47,706 bases of DNA from Lachnospiraceae bacterium. Its GTDB lineage: Bacteria > Bacillota > Clostridia > Lachnospirales > Lachnospiraceae. The notes beneath the pieces were generated by a model. It was not told the DNA's origin. It worked only from the letters and a program-made list of their open reading frames with translations, and searched no databases. The stretch is from the NCBI GenBank assembly GCA_045600305.1, contig JAZRXQ010000153.1, positions 1 to 47,706 on the forward strand, in the 5' to 3' direction. Both the position numbers and the translations under genes were made by a program. Every line of letters starts with the position of its first letter. The first letter of the stretch is position 1. Shown here one piece after another: positions 26,050 to 35,302 of the stretch.

Positions 26050-26838
26050 CTACGAAGGTATTAGTCCCCTTAATACAATATTTCTAATTACCTCTTTCAT
26101 CTCTTCAGCAATTAGACTTGCCATCTTGGGCATCATACCAACACACACTAATAGCAACGCGTAACCACCAAGTAGCTTTATCTGCATACCAACCGAAAAC
26201 ATATTCATCTGGGATGCAACCTTTGCCATGATTCCCAAAACACAATTTAATGTCAGCATAACCGCAAAAATCGGTAGCATAATAGTAAAGCCTAATGTCA
26301 ATACCTTGGTAACAAAGGATATCATCGTAGTCGCCAAAGACTCCCAGTTAAACACCATAGAATTGACTGGTATAAGAATAAATGTATCAGCAATAGCCTT
26401 GACAATGTACTGATACATATCACTCATCACAAGAAGTAGCATCACCATGTAATTATATAAATTACCAGTTACACTCTCTTGTGTTCTAGTCATAGGGTTG
26501 TATTCCTGTGCCATAGACAGACCAATATTCATATCAACCAAATGACCAGCAAAACCAGTAATATACGTACACATATTGGCCGTCATTCCTATTAATAGAC
26601 CACAAATAGCTTCCTTGACTACGATAATAGAAAAGCCTATCATCCCTTCATATTCAATATAGGATCTATCCGTAATCTCATATACAATGATGGTCATGCA
26701 AAAGGCCAAGCCAACCTTAACCCTAGCAGGCACCCCCTGTATACCAAAAAAAGGTGCCACCGCAAAGAAGCTGGCGATGCGCACCAGGATAAGTAAAAAA
26801 TATTCAAGATCGTATAATGAAAACGTGTAATTAACCAT
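26050..26838 (-). CDS. fliR: Flagellar export protein FliR
   Basis: 262-aa polytopic membrane protein between fliQ and flhB, with FLLILVRIASFFAVAPFFG. Confidence 0.9.
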   Translation of the reverse strand: MVNYTFSLYDLEYFLLILVRIASFFAVAPFFGIQGVPARVKVGLAFCMTIIVYEITDRSYIEYEGMIGFSIIVVKEAICGLLIGMTANMCTYITGFAGHLVDMNIGLSMAQEYNPMTRTQESVTGNLYNYMVMLLLVMSDMYQYIVKAIADTFILIPVNSMVFNWESLATTMISFVTKVLTLGFTIMLPIFAVMLTLNCVLGIMAKVASQMNMFSVGMQIKLLGGYALLLVCVGMMPKMASLIAEEMKEVIRNIVLRGLIPS

Positions 26839-26847
26839 AACTACCTA

Positions 26848-27114
26848 TTATACGTAGATGCTAAAATCACTCCATAGCGAAATCATATAATTCGCCATAT
26901 TATTAAGCATCCATGATCCAAGAAGCATAATAGTGACAAACACTGCTAAAATCTTGGGAACAAAGGTAAGCGTCTGCTCCTGAATCGATGTAACAGTCTG
27001 AAAAATACTAAGTACGAGACCAATCACAAGCGAAACAAGAAGTGGCGGTGCCGCTGTCATAATCGTCGTATATATCGCTTCTCTGGAAATATCTACTACT
27101 ACTCCTGCATCCAT
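26848..27114 (-). CDS. fliQ: Flagellar export protein FliQ
   Basis: An 88-aa product from ATG 27114 (MDAGVVVDISREAIYTTI...) with GGAGG 5 nt upstream. The track start GTG 27126 is less likely. Confidence 0.9.
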   Translation of the reverse strand: MDAGVVVDISREAIYTTIMTAAPPLLVSLVIGLVLSIFQTVTSIQEQTLTFVPKILAVFVTIMLLGSWMLNNMANYMISLWSDFSIYV

Positions 27115-27126
27115 ATTTTCCTCCAC

Positions 27127-27161
27127 GGGGACAGCCCATCTTATTCACAGTGGGAGTCCCC
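27127..27161 (-). other. GC-rich stem-loop filling the whole fliP-fliQ spacer
   Basis: GGGGAC 27127-27132 pairs with GTCCCC 27156-27161, and CCCA/TGGG pair inside. No U-tract follows, and it abuts the fliQ RBS. Confidence 0.5.
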
Positions 27162-27995
27162 TTAATAGAACGTCTTAACTACATTACCAATAATAAGATT
27201 CCATCCATCCGCAAGAACGAACAACAGTATCTTAAACGGCATCGAAATCGTTGTGGGCGGCAGCATCATCATACCCATTGACATAAGGACAGAAGATACA
27301 ACCATATCTATAACAATAAAAGGAATATAAATCAAAAATCCTATAATAAACGAGGTTCTAAGCTCTGAAACAATAAAAGCTGGAATAAGAATCTGATTAG
27401 GAATCTGTTCAATCTCAGTATACTCAGTCTCTCCTGCTATCTCGCAGAACAGATTCACATCCTTGGTCTCTGTCTGCTTGTACATGAACTCTCTAATAGG
27501 CTCCATTGCATTTTCAAAAGCCTGTTCTGTAGTAATCTCTCCTCTATCTAACGGCTGAATTGCAGTATCGTTAATCTGTGTAAACACAGGAAACATAATC
27601 ATAAGAGTAAGAAATACCGCAAGTCCAACTAAAACCTGGTTTGGAGGTGCAGTCTGCGTTCCTAGAGCTGCTCTTGCGAAATGAAGTACTACGATAATTC
27701 TCGTAAAAGAGGTCATCGTAATAAGTATAGAAGGAATAAGTGTAATCAGAGTCAAAAACAATAAAATCTGAATTGTAGCACTCATAGTACCTTCATTATT
27801 GTTGTAAATAATCGACACACCATTTACAACATCATCTGCAGCATTTACAGCCTCACCATCCTGATTCTGGTTCAAGGTAGGCTCCTCGACTGGAGCCGCT
27901 TTTACAGGAACAGCTGTCATATAAACTGAAAAAATAATCGAAAACGCAGCAAATATTAATGAAATTAAAACATATATTTTCTTTGCTTTATTCAT
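27162..27995 (-). CDS. fliP: Flagellar export protein FliP
   Basis: Signal peptide plus the conserved TSFTRIIVVLHFARAALGTQ..PPNQVLVGLA and MLPPTTISMPFKILLFVLADGW. Confidence 0.95.
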   Translation of the reverse strand: MNKAKKIYVLISLIFAAFSIIFSVYMTAVPVKAAPVEEPTLNQNQDGEAVNAADDVVNGVSIIYNNNEGTMSATIQILLFLTLITLIPSILITMTSFTRIIVVLHFARAALGTQTAPPNQVLVGLAVFLTLMIMFPVFTQINDTAIQPLDRGEITTEQAFENAMEPIREFMYKQTETKDVNLFCEIAGETEYTEIEQIPNQILIPAFIVSELRTSFIIGFLIYIPFIVIDMVVSSVLMSMGMMMLPPTTISMPFKILLFVLADGWNLIIGNVVKTFY

Positions 27996-27998
27996 AAT

Positions 27999-28430
27999 TT
28001 ATTTTTGTTTGGGTAAAGATTCCTTAAAACTATTTAAAATCTGAGAAAATGATTTCTTGGGCATATTGGTCTGACCACTACTCGTCAAGGTATTTGCCAT
28101 CAATTCCTCTGCCTCTAGTGTAGTAAGCACATTAATCTCATCCTTGCCTACACCAACCACAATATATTTATCCTTGCCTACTCTGACAAGCTCAATATAT
28201 TTATTTGAAGGAAGTCTAACCGCTTCTAAAATCTGTATATTGCCATTTGCAGTCTTGGTCTTTTGATAACCACCAATCCATTTTGTTACAAAAAATGTCG
28301 CAGCTAATACTAAAAGGAAAATAACAATTACTAAAATTAACTGTCCGATACTCTTTGCATTAGAGGCTGCTGGCGCTACAGTCTTCGTTGTACTATCTGA
28401 CACGATTTTTGCAAGACTAATTAAATGCAT
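27999..28430 (-). CDS. fliO: Flagellar biosynthesis protein FliO/FliZ
   Basis: 143 aa with a single TM helix. It sits immediately upstream of fliP and shares a 1-nt TAATG overlap with fliY. Confidence 0.75.
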   Translation of the reverse strand: MHLISLAKIVSDSTTKTVAPAASNAKSIGQLILVIVIFLLVLAATFFVTKWIGGYQKTKTANGNIQILEAVRLPSNKYIELVRVGKDKYIVVGVGKDEINVLTTLEAEELMANTLTSSGQTNMPKKSFSQILNSFKESLPKQK

Positions 28431-29614
28431 TACTTAACAATCTCCGTTATTCGAACACCAAAGCTCTCTTCAATAACAACAACCTCACCCTTGGCAACAT
28501 ATTTGCCGTTGACAAGAACATCTATAGGCTCACCGGCTATCTTGTTAAGCTCTATAATTGTACCAGGTGCAAAATCAAGTACATCACTAATAGACTTTGA
28601 GGTACGTCCAAGCTCTACAGTTACATCAAGAGGAACATCCATGATCAAATCGATATTCTCTCTTGCAAATGCCGTTGCAAAATCACCATTAAATGGAATA
28701 AACTGTGCAGGCTGTGCAGAATACTGAGGATTCATCATCATGGGATTCATCATCATAGGATTCATCTGCATCTGAGACATATCCATTTGAGGCATCATCT
28801 GAGGAGCCATCTCCGGTGCTGGAGTAGGTGTTGCAGGAGCAGGTGTGGGAGCAGTGGCAGCCGGCGTGGGTGCCGCAGCTTCTGCAGGAGCAGGTGTGTC
28901 GGCTACGCCAATCTGAGCCTCAGAAGCATCCATCTCCATATTATGAGCGATTGACTTGCACATATCCTTTGCAAATGAGAAAGGATATAGCTGCATAATC
29001 TCACTATCTACGAGATCACCAATCTCCATCTTGAAGGATATCTTAACGAAGCTTCCTGATAAAAACTCGTCTATCGTACCCTGATCAACACTCTCATGTA
29101 AATCTATTAAGTCTGCCTGCGGAGGGCTGATATCAATCGTCTTAGAAAGCATTGACGAAAGTGATGTTGCAGATGATCCCATCATCTGATTCATCGCCTC
29201 TGATATAGCCGAAAGATGTAATTCTCCTAATTCTCCATCAGTATTGGTTCCATCGCCGCCCATCATAAGGTCTGTAATTATCTTGACATCGCTCTCTCTA
29301 AGTACGAGAATATTGCTTCCGTCAAGACCAACAGTATAGGCAATTCTAATAAATACACAAGGTCTCTCATAATTAGAAACGATGTCATCCCATGTCGCTT
29401 CTGTTACAACAGGTGTAGAAATCTCTACCTTGCGATTAACAAGCGAAAACAGCGTGGTCGCTGCCGTACCCATACTAATATTGGCAATCTCACCTATGGC
29501 ATCCTTCTCATCCTCTGTCAGATGCTCTCCACCTGATGAAGACGCTGAAGCATCAGCAGACGCCGCACCATTTAATAATGCATTTATCTCTTCCTGTGAT
29601 AAAGTGCCATCCAT
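28430..29614 (-). CDS. fliY: Flagellar motor switch phosphatase FliY (CheC-like domains plus FliN C-terminus)
   Basis: MDGTLSQEEINALL, CheC-type EIANISMGTAAT / AISEAMNQMMGSSAT boxes, and the FliN-type C-terminus VELGRTSKSISDVLDFAPGTIIELNK..GEPIDVLVNG. Confidence 0.9.
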   Translation of the reverse strand: MDGTLSQEEINALLNGAASADASASSSGGEHLTEDEKDAIGEIANISMGTAATTLFSLVNRKVEISTPVVTEATWDDIVSNYERPCVFIRIAYTVGLDGSNILVLRESDVKIITDLMMGGDGTNTDGELGELHLSAISEAMNQMMGSSATSLSSMLSKTIDISPPQADLIDLHESVDQGTIDEFLSGSFVKISFKMEIGDLVDSEIMQLYPFSFAKDMCKSIAHNMEMDASEAQIGVADTPAPAEAAAPTPAATAPTPAPATPTPAPEMAPQMMPQMDMSQMQMNPMMMNPMMMNPQYSAQPAQFIPFNGDFATAFARENIDLIMDVPLDVTVELGRTSKSISDVLDFAPGTIIELNKIAGEPIDVLVNGKYVAKGEVVVIEESFGVRITEIVK

Positions 29615-29618
29615 AAGT

Positions 29619-30596
29619 CTATTCCTCTCTGATAACTGATGTTATTCTAACTGCATAATCCTCACTATAGGATCCGGGAAGTGCAGTAAATTTTTTAATG
29701 TTTCCGACATAAATATCTAACTCCTCGTCGACCTTGCGATCTAGACGAAGAATATCTCCAGGCTGTAGACAACCAAAATCTACAACGCTTATCTTGCCGT
29801 AACCAAGAACTGCTTTGACAGGTACATGAGCTTTTTGAAGTATTGCTTCAATATCCTCTGTATATGATATCTCATCTCTTACCTGCATATTAGAATACCA
29901 GAACTTGGTATTCAACTTATCCATAACCGCTTCAAGTGTAATGAAGGGTAGACATATATTCATCAAGCCCTCAGCATCACCTATCTTGACATTGATTGTA
30001 ACAATCGCAATCATCTCACCAGGTGAAATAATCTGTGCAAACTGTGAATTAGTCTCTATTCTCGTAAGTCTTGGATTAACGTCAGCAACGTTCTCCCAAG
30101 GCTCACGTAGCAAATTAACACAGACATTCATTATACGTTCTATGATAATAAGCTCTATTTCAGTAAAATCTCTATTCTTGTCTAACGGCAATCCAACACC
30201 GCCAAGCATTCTATCTACAATAGCATATCCAAGTGTCGTCGCCATCTCTACAAGAATCTCACCCTGCAACGGAGAAAAATCAATTACTCCAAGTAACACT
30301 GGGTTTGACAGCGCATTAGAAAACTCGGAATACGTAACCGCTTCGGAGTTCATAACCTCGACCTGAATGTTTTTTCTGAGATATACAGGAAGGTTAGTTG
30401 ATAGAAGTCGTCCGTAGTGCTCAAAAATAATCTCAAGCGTACGAAGATGCTCCTTTGAGAATTTGGAAGGTCTGGCAAAATCATAATTTCTGACCTGCTT
30501 TTCCTCAGTTCCCATGAGGTCAACTGCATCTATCTCTCCGGTATTTAACTGTGATAGCAGGGCGTCTATTTCATTTTGCGAAAGGACGTCTCCCAT
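29619..30596 (-). CDS. fliM: Flagellar motor switch protein FliM
   Basis: N-terminal CheY-binding peptide LSQNEIDALL. 325 aa. VRNYDFARPSKFSKE motif. Confidence 0.95.
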   Translation of the reverse strand: MGDVLSQNEIDALLSQLNTGEIDAVDLMGTEEKQVRNYDFARPSKFSKEHLRTLEIIFEHYGRLLSTNLPVYLRKNIQVEVMNSEAVTYSEFSNALSNPVLLGVIDFSPLQGEILVEMATTLGYAIVDRMLGGVGLPLDKNRDFTEIELIIIERIMNVCVNLLREPWENVADVNPRLTRIETNSQFAQIISPGEMIAIVTINVKIGDAEGLMNICLPFITLEAVMDKLNTKFWYSNMQVRDEISYTEDIEAILQKAHVPVKAVLGYGKISVVDFGCLQPGDILRLDRKVDEELDIYVGNIKKFTALPGSYSEDYAVRITSVIREE

Positions 30597-30642
30597 TAAT
30601 TCTCACCTGCCTTTAACTGACTCATTAAAACCCAACAAGTCA

Positions 30643-31155
30643 TTAATTACTTGTCGATTCAGGGAAGCCTACTCCAATAATAAAATCTGAATCAAATAAA
30701 CCTTGAAGCTGTTCAAGAATCTCTGCCTGAGCCTTTTCAGGGTTATTCTTGAATTCCTCAACCGTATACTTACAAATGACATTGTTAGTAATACTCTTGA
30801 TATAGCTCTCTCTTGTAGACAAGTCTCCGTAAAGCTCATAGTCAGGATTCTGATTATTCATTGATACAGAAACCTTAACTATTGCATAGTGAGATGAACC
30901 ATTCTCTGAATCCTTTAAGTTGATTGTAAGAGAATCAGGAATGTCATATGAAACTATATTCTCGATAGGAACACTAGATAAGTTGGCTGTTCTACCACTA
31001 GCAAGCTCAAGCTGTAGTGCAGTACAAACCTCAGTAATCAACTGATTTGCCTGCTTTGCAGAAGGCATAACAGTCATCATTGTAACGGTTGTCAAAATAA
31101 TATTGACGATCAGTAAAACAACTATAAGTACAGAAATAAGATTTTTTTTCATCAT
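30643..31155 (-). CDS. fliL: Flagellar basal-body-associated protein FliL
   Basis: 170 aa with a single N-terminal TM helix. Its position between motB and fliM fits, and the C-terminal domain is FliL-like. Confidence 0.75.
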   Translation of the reverse strand: MMKKNLISVLIVVLLIVNIILTTVTMMTVMPSAKQANQLITEVCTALQLELASGRTANLSSVPIENIVSYDIPDSLTINLKDSENGSSHYAIVKVSVSMNNQNPDYELYGDLSTRESYIKSITNNVICKYTVEEFKNNPEKAQAEILEQLQGLFDSDFIIGVGFPESTSN

Positions 31156-31161
31156 TTACTC

Positions 31162-32088
31162 CTAAATATCAGAATTATACGAGTTGTAAATCTTGATAAC
31201 AACACGTCTGTTAAGAGCCCTGCCCTCAGGTGTCGTATTGTCTGCTATAGGAACATAATCTCCTCTACCAGAAGATTTGATTCTACCAGCCTCAAGAGTT
31301 GTAATCTCTCGCAAATAATCAGCTACATGCAAGGCTCTGTACATTGAAAGTACATTGTTGTCAGCATATACGCTGTTGTGAATCGGAACATTATCAGTAT
31401 GTCCCTCAACCTCTATAATATTGCTATCATAGTAGTTGAGAATAAGTCCTAACTTGTCAATCAAAGGATATGCATCCTCTCTTAGCAAATCTGATCCCGA
31501 ATCAAAAAGTATCGAACCATTGAGCGTCAAGAGAACATATGTGGCATTAAATTCAACCTCAACCTGATCTTGGATACCATACTGTTGAATCTTCTCATTT
31601 ATCTCATTGGCAATCTTTTCAGATTCCATCGCACCTTTTTCTTCAAGCTGTTCCTTGAGCTCTTCTGGCGATAATTCTACCGCTTCAAGTAATCCCTGCT
31701 CTCCCTGGTCTGTATTATCTATTCCAGGCGTGTCAGCCGGTGTGCCATCTGGTCTGATTGAATCTTCATCATTGTTGAGTACACCATTTTCATCAAACTG
31801 ACCATCTCCATTGCTGTTAGCATTGGGATTGTAGAAGGTATCATAGTACTGTAGCTGATTGATACCAGCTGATACCATATCACCATCACCTATTGTAGAA
31901 GCTCCACCCTGCAGCACCGAGAAATGTGACTGCAATGAAGCAATAACCATCTGGAACTTTTCCTCGTTAACCGAAGACATCGAGAAAAGCAAAACGAAGA
32001 AGCAAAGGAGCAAATTCATCAGATCCGAGAAGGTCGCCATCCATGCGGGGGACCCTTTAGGCGGATCTTCCTGCCTCTGCTTAGCCAC
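31162..32088 (-). CDS. motB: Flagellar stator protein MotB (OmpA-like C-terminus)
   Basis: WMATFSDLMNLLLCFFVLLF plug/TM with the conserved Asp, and an OmpA-type C-terminus (GHTDNVPI...NRRVVIKI). GTG start in a TAGTG overlap with motA, with GGAGG 9 nt upstream. Confidence 0.9.
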   Translation of the reverse strand: MAKQRQEDPPKGSPAWMATFSDLMNLLLCFFVLLFSMSSVNEEKFQMVIASLQSHFSVLQGGASTIGDGDMVSAGINQLQYYDTFYNPNANSNGDGQFDENGVLNNDEDSIRPDGTPADTPGIDNTDQGEQGLLEAVELSPEELKEQLEEKGAMESEKIANEINEKIQQYGIQDQVEVEFNATYVLLTLNGSILFDSGSDLLREDAYPLIDKLGLILNYYDSNIIEVEGHTDNVPIHNSVYADNNVLSMYRALHVADYLREITTLEAGRIKSSGRGDYVPIADNTTPEGRALNRRVVIKIYNSYNSDI

Positions 32089-32879
32089 TAGCCTTCACCT
32101 CCCTCAGAACCAATTCCGTCACGCTGTGCAGGTGAAAGGAAGGTCTTTAATTTTTCCTCTATAACTCTGGGGTTCTCTCCTGCCTGAATAGAAAGGAGTC
32201 CCTCCACAACTATCTGTTTTACTACAATCTCATTGTCATTGTTGACCTTGAGCTTGGAAGCTGTAGGGCTACAAAGCCAGTTTGCAATAAGCGAACCATA
32301 AAGGGTTGTAAGAAGGGCAACCGCCATGTTAGGTCCAATTGTAGATGAATCGGTCAGGTTCTTAAGCATGTTAACAAGTCCGATAAGAGTACCAATCATA
32401 CCCCATGCAGGACCAAGCTCTGCCCATTTCTCCCAGAAGCCTGAAACCTTTTTATGTCTAGCCTCCATCATAGAAAGCTCTGTCTCAAGAATTCCTCTGA
32501 CAAGCTCGTGGTCAGTACCATCAACTACAAGGTTGATACCCTTCTTAAGGAACGCATCCTCAACATTTCTAGCCTGTTCCTCAAGTGCCAAAAGACCCTC
32601 TTTTCTAGCAACGTTAGAAAGATTAATGATGCTAGTAATCATCTCAGGTGCATTAAAGCCTGGCTCCTTGATAGACATCATAAGACCCTTGAAACCGGGC
32701 ATGAGGTCTGAGAGCTTGTTACATGCGACAATACCAGCAATCGAACCACCGATAGTAATGATAACCGACGGAACGTCTATGAAGTTGGGAAGCAACGATA
32801 TACCACCATCTCCGGATGCGATACCGAATACAACCATTCCTAATCCTAATAATAGACCGATTATTGTAGCAAAATCCAA
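32088..32879 (-). CDS. motA: Flagellar stator protein MotA
   Basis: 263 aa of the MotA/ExbB family (PAWGMIGTLIGLV, ALLTTLYGSLIAN). TTG start 32879 with a GGGTGA RBS. Confidence 0.9.
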   Translation of the reverse strand: MDFATIIGLLLGLGMVVFGIASGDGGISLLPNFIDVPSVIITIGGSIAGIVACNKLSDLMPGFKGLMMSIKEPGFNAPEMITSIINLSNVARKEGLLALEEQARNVEDAFLKKGINLVVDGTDHELVRGILETELSMMEARHKKVSGFWEKWAELGPAWGMIGTLIGLVNMLKNLTDSSTIGPNMAVALLTTLYGSLIANWLCSPTASKLKVNNDNEIVVKQIVVEGLLSIQAGENPRVIEEKLKTFLSPAQRDGIGSEGGEG

Positions 32880-32945
32880 AACAAATCACCCACTTTTTTT
32901 ATTATAAAAAACACTAAAATATCTAAATCTAGGCATAGTAAGCCA

Positions 32946-32973
32946 TACTTAATTTACATTCTACTTAATTTAC
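32946..32973. repeat. 12-bp direct repeat TACTTAATTTAC x2 (16-bp period) in the motA upstream region
   Basis: Read directly at 32946-32957 and 32962-32973. Confidence 0.85.
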
Positions 32974-32996
32974 TTTGTTTTGTCTAGTTTTTTATT

Positions 32997-33027
32997 AAAA
33001 AAAGCACCCCTTTTTTTAGGAGTGCTT
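32997..33027 (-). terminator. Rho-independent terminator of ftsZ
   Basis: Minus strand: AAGCACUCC-loop-GGGGUGCUU (9 bp including one G-U) followed by seven U. Confidence 0.8.
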
Positions 33028-33055
33028 TAAATAGTATAAAACAAATTTTATCTAA

Positions 33056-34372
33056 CTACTTTCTGCTAAGGAAATTAGGTACATTTAATTCTGTAGCAGC
33101 AACTGTTGCCTTGGGTTGAGGAGGTGTAGGAATTCCACCAATCGAAGGATTAGGAATTGACGAAGCTCCTGCACTGGGATTAGGTGCTGCGCTAGCACCA
33201 GCGCCGTAAGAACCAAAGCTAGAACCTGTTGCTCCATATGTAGGTGTAGTGCTTCCAACTCCAAAGCCACCAACACCAGCAAAGCCAGACCTATTGAGTG
33301 CTGGATTAGGGGTAGCTGTATTAGCAGGATTAGGAGTCACAACACCCTGATTAATAGGTGTAATTCTTCCATTGTTACCACTATTTCTAAATCCATTCAT
33401 GAAAGGTGACTGCGTCTGAGCCTGTTGATTATCAGCAGCCTCTGGCATACCCGTCGCAATAACTGTAACTGTGGTCTCATCACTGTCAGAATCTATTCTA
33501 CCAAAGAAAACACCCGCACGAGGTGCAACCATATCTCTTACATAGCTTGCTGCCTCAGCACAGTCATTAAAGCCTGCGCCACCGCAAATAGAAATAATAA
33601 TATTGCTAGCTCCACTAACTGAATTGTCAAGAAGCTGGCTATCTACAGCAAACTTGGTAGCTTCTAATGCAGACTGCTCTCCCTTAGCTGAACCCATACC
33701 AATATAAGCGATACCCTTGTCACGCATTACTGTACTAACATCTGAGAAGTCAAGATTAGGCTTACCCTGCTTGTTAATTAGATCTGTAAGACCTCTAACA
33801 GCATTCATCAATACCTCATCTACCATAGCCATTGCTTCATCATAGTCAGTATTTTTGCTTATCATCTTGGCAATATTGTCATTAGGAATAACAATAAGAG
33901 TGTCAACACTCTCCTTCATAACAGCAATACCTGCCTCAGCAACCTCTGTACGATTTTCCCAGAAGAAGGGCTTTGTAACAACACCAACTGTAAGAATTCC
34001 CTGGTCCTTGGCAATCTTAGCAACAACGGGAGCAGCTCCTGTTCCAGTTCCACCACCCATTCCACAGGTGACGAAAACCATGTCAGCTCCTCTAAGCTCT
34101 TCAGCAATCATCTCCTGAGACTCAAGAGCAGCCTCCTGACCCTTTGTGGGATTAGCTCCTGCTCCAAGACCAGCAGCAACCTTCTCACCAATCTGAATAG
34201 TTCTATTTGCCTTATTCACCTGTAAATCCTGTGCATCAGTATTAACAGAGATATAATCTACCGAATCAATCCCCTCATCGATCATATGATTAACAACATT
34301 GTTGCCGCCACCACCGACACCAACAACAAGTATTTTAACAAGTTTTTCCTCAGGCTTACTAACCTCAACCAT
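33056..34372 (-). CDS. ftsZ: Cell division GTPase FtsZ
   Basis: [10 protein letters not shown] and [13 protein letters not shown] tubulin signatures, a long P/G/A-rich linker and the C-terminal peptide [14 protein letters not shown] 34372 (GGAGG 8 nt upstream) is preferred over the track TTG 34387. Confidence 0.96.
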   Translation of the reverse strand: MVEVSKPEEKLVKILVVGVGGGGNNVVNHMIDEGIDSVDYISVNTDAQDLQVNKANRTIQIGEKVAAGLGAGANPTKGQEAALESQEMIAEELRGADMVFVTCGMGGGTGTGAAPVVAKIAKDQGILTVGVVTKPFFWENRTEVAEAGIAVMKESVDTLIVIPNDNIAKMISKNTDYDEAMAMVDEVLMNAVRGLTDLINKQGKPNLDFSDVSTVMRDKGIAYIGMGSAKGEQSALEATKFAVDSQLLDNSVSGASNIIISICGGAGFNDCAEAASYVRDMVAPRAGVFFGRIDSDSDETTVTVIATGMPEAADNQQAQTQSPFMNGFRNSGNNGRITPINQGVVTPNPANTATPNPALNRSGFAGVGGFGVGSTTPTYGATGSSFGSYGAGASAAPNPSAGASSIPNPSIGGIPTPPQPKATVAATELNVPNFLSRK

Positions 34373-34501
34373 GTCCTCTACCTCCAATTATTTTATCTAA
34401 ACTTACGCAAAATCCTACTAATAATATTCAATGATAAATAATGTGATATAAAATATCAACCCATTATTTAAAAAATTTCAAAAAAATTACAAAGTATAGT
34501 G

Positions 34502-35302
34502 CTATTTTTTAGGTCTAAACACAATATCTGTTGTTTCAGGCGTCCATCCACCAACATGTAAAATTCCTTTTTTGCCCTCTAATTGCGGCAAAATATAACT
34601 AAGCCTAAGTATCTTCTGAGGTAAATAATTTGCCGTACCAACAACAACCTCAATATTACCAATATTTACAACCATTGTTTTAGCATTTGGGTTGTATTCT
34701 ATATCCTTGCATTTAATATCATATTTTTCAAAAAGCTGAGTTAATTGCAACAAATTATTAAGTGCAGTTGCATCGTTAAACTCTAGTCTCTCATATAGCA
34801 CAACAGAGTCACATTTCAAACCAGAAACCTTTGGAACACCCTCTATTTCTCTATCAGATGTCTCAATAACATATCCGTCTCTATCGAAATACGCATTTTT
34901 ATCAATTGCCGGTATGTAAATATATCCAAGAGTTTTTTTCTCGTATACCTTCATGTTGATGGTGTGCGGATCATCAGGCTCCATAGAAACCTCAACATTA
35001 TCCACAAAGGGAATATCAAGCTTGTCGCCTGTGAAGCGATACTTAAGATACATATATAGCGTGCTCTTGGAATATTTATCCGATAAAATCTGTTCCTCAA
35101 GCTGCTTGGCATCATAAAGCACATTGCCCCTGATATTCACATTTTCAAGGGTATAAACCTTAGTAACTAAAATCGTTAAAATCAAAGCCAGCACAAGCAC
35201 CACGAGAATCGCAGCTATAGTAACGACTCGTTTTTTCCTTCTATATGCAGTTAACTTTTGGCTACCTTGAGTCTGCAACGCTATCAACCTCCGGTCTATC
35301 AA
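34502..35302 (-). CDS. ftsQ: Cell division protein FtsQ/DivIB
   Basis: Single TM helix followed by a POTRA-like region (LENVNIRGNVLYDAKQL). No ATG is available. Start candidates are TTG 35302 (track) or TTG 35278, which lies 9 nt after an in-frame GGAGG. Confidence 0.75.
   Translation of the reverse strand: MIDRRLIALQTQGSQKLTAYRRKKRVVTIAAILVVLVLALILTILVTKVYTLENVNIRGNVLYDAKQLEEQILSDKYSKSTLYMYLKYRFTGDKLDIPFVDNVEVSMEPDDPHTINMKVYEKKTLGYIYIPAIDKNAYFDRDGYVIETSDREIEGVPKVSGLKCDSVVLYERLEFNDATALNNLLQLTQLFEKYDIKCKDIEYNPNAKTMVVNIGNIEVVVGTANYLPQKILRLSYILPQLEGKKGILHVGGWTPETTDIVFRPKK

Noticed and set aside
32880-33000. Sigma-28 (TAAA-N15-GCCGATAT) promoter upstream of motA
   Set aside because: The only similar -10 (GCCTAGAT) sits 18 nt rather than ~15 nt from a TAAA. 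The match is too weak to call.
35262-35302. ftsW/ftsQ (41 nt) and PBP/mraY (26 nt) overlaps as possible frameshifts or fusions
   Set aside because: Both downstream genes have plausible internal starts with RBSs, and both upstream proteins end with normal tails. These are ordinary operon overlaps or start-codon uncertainty.
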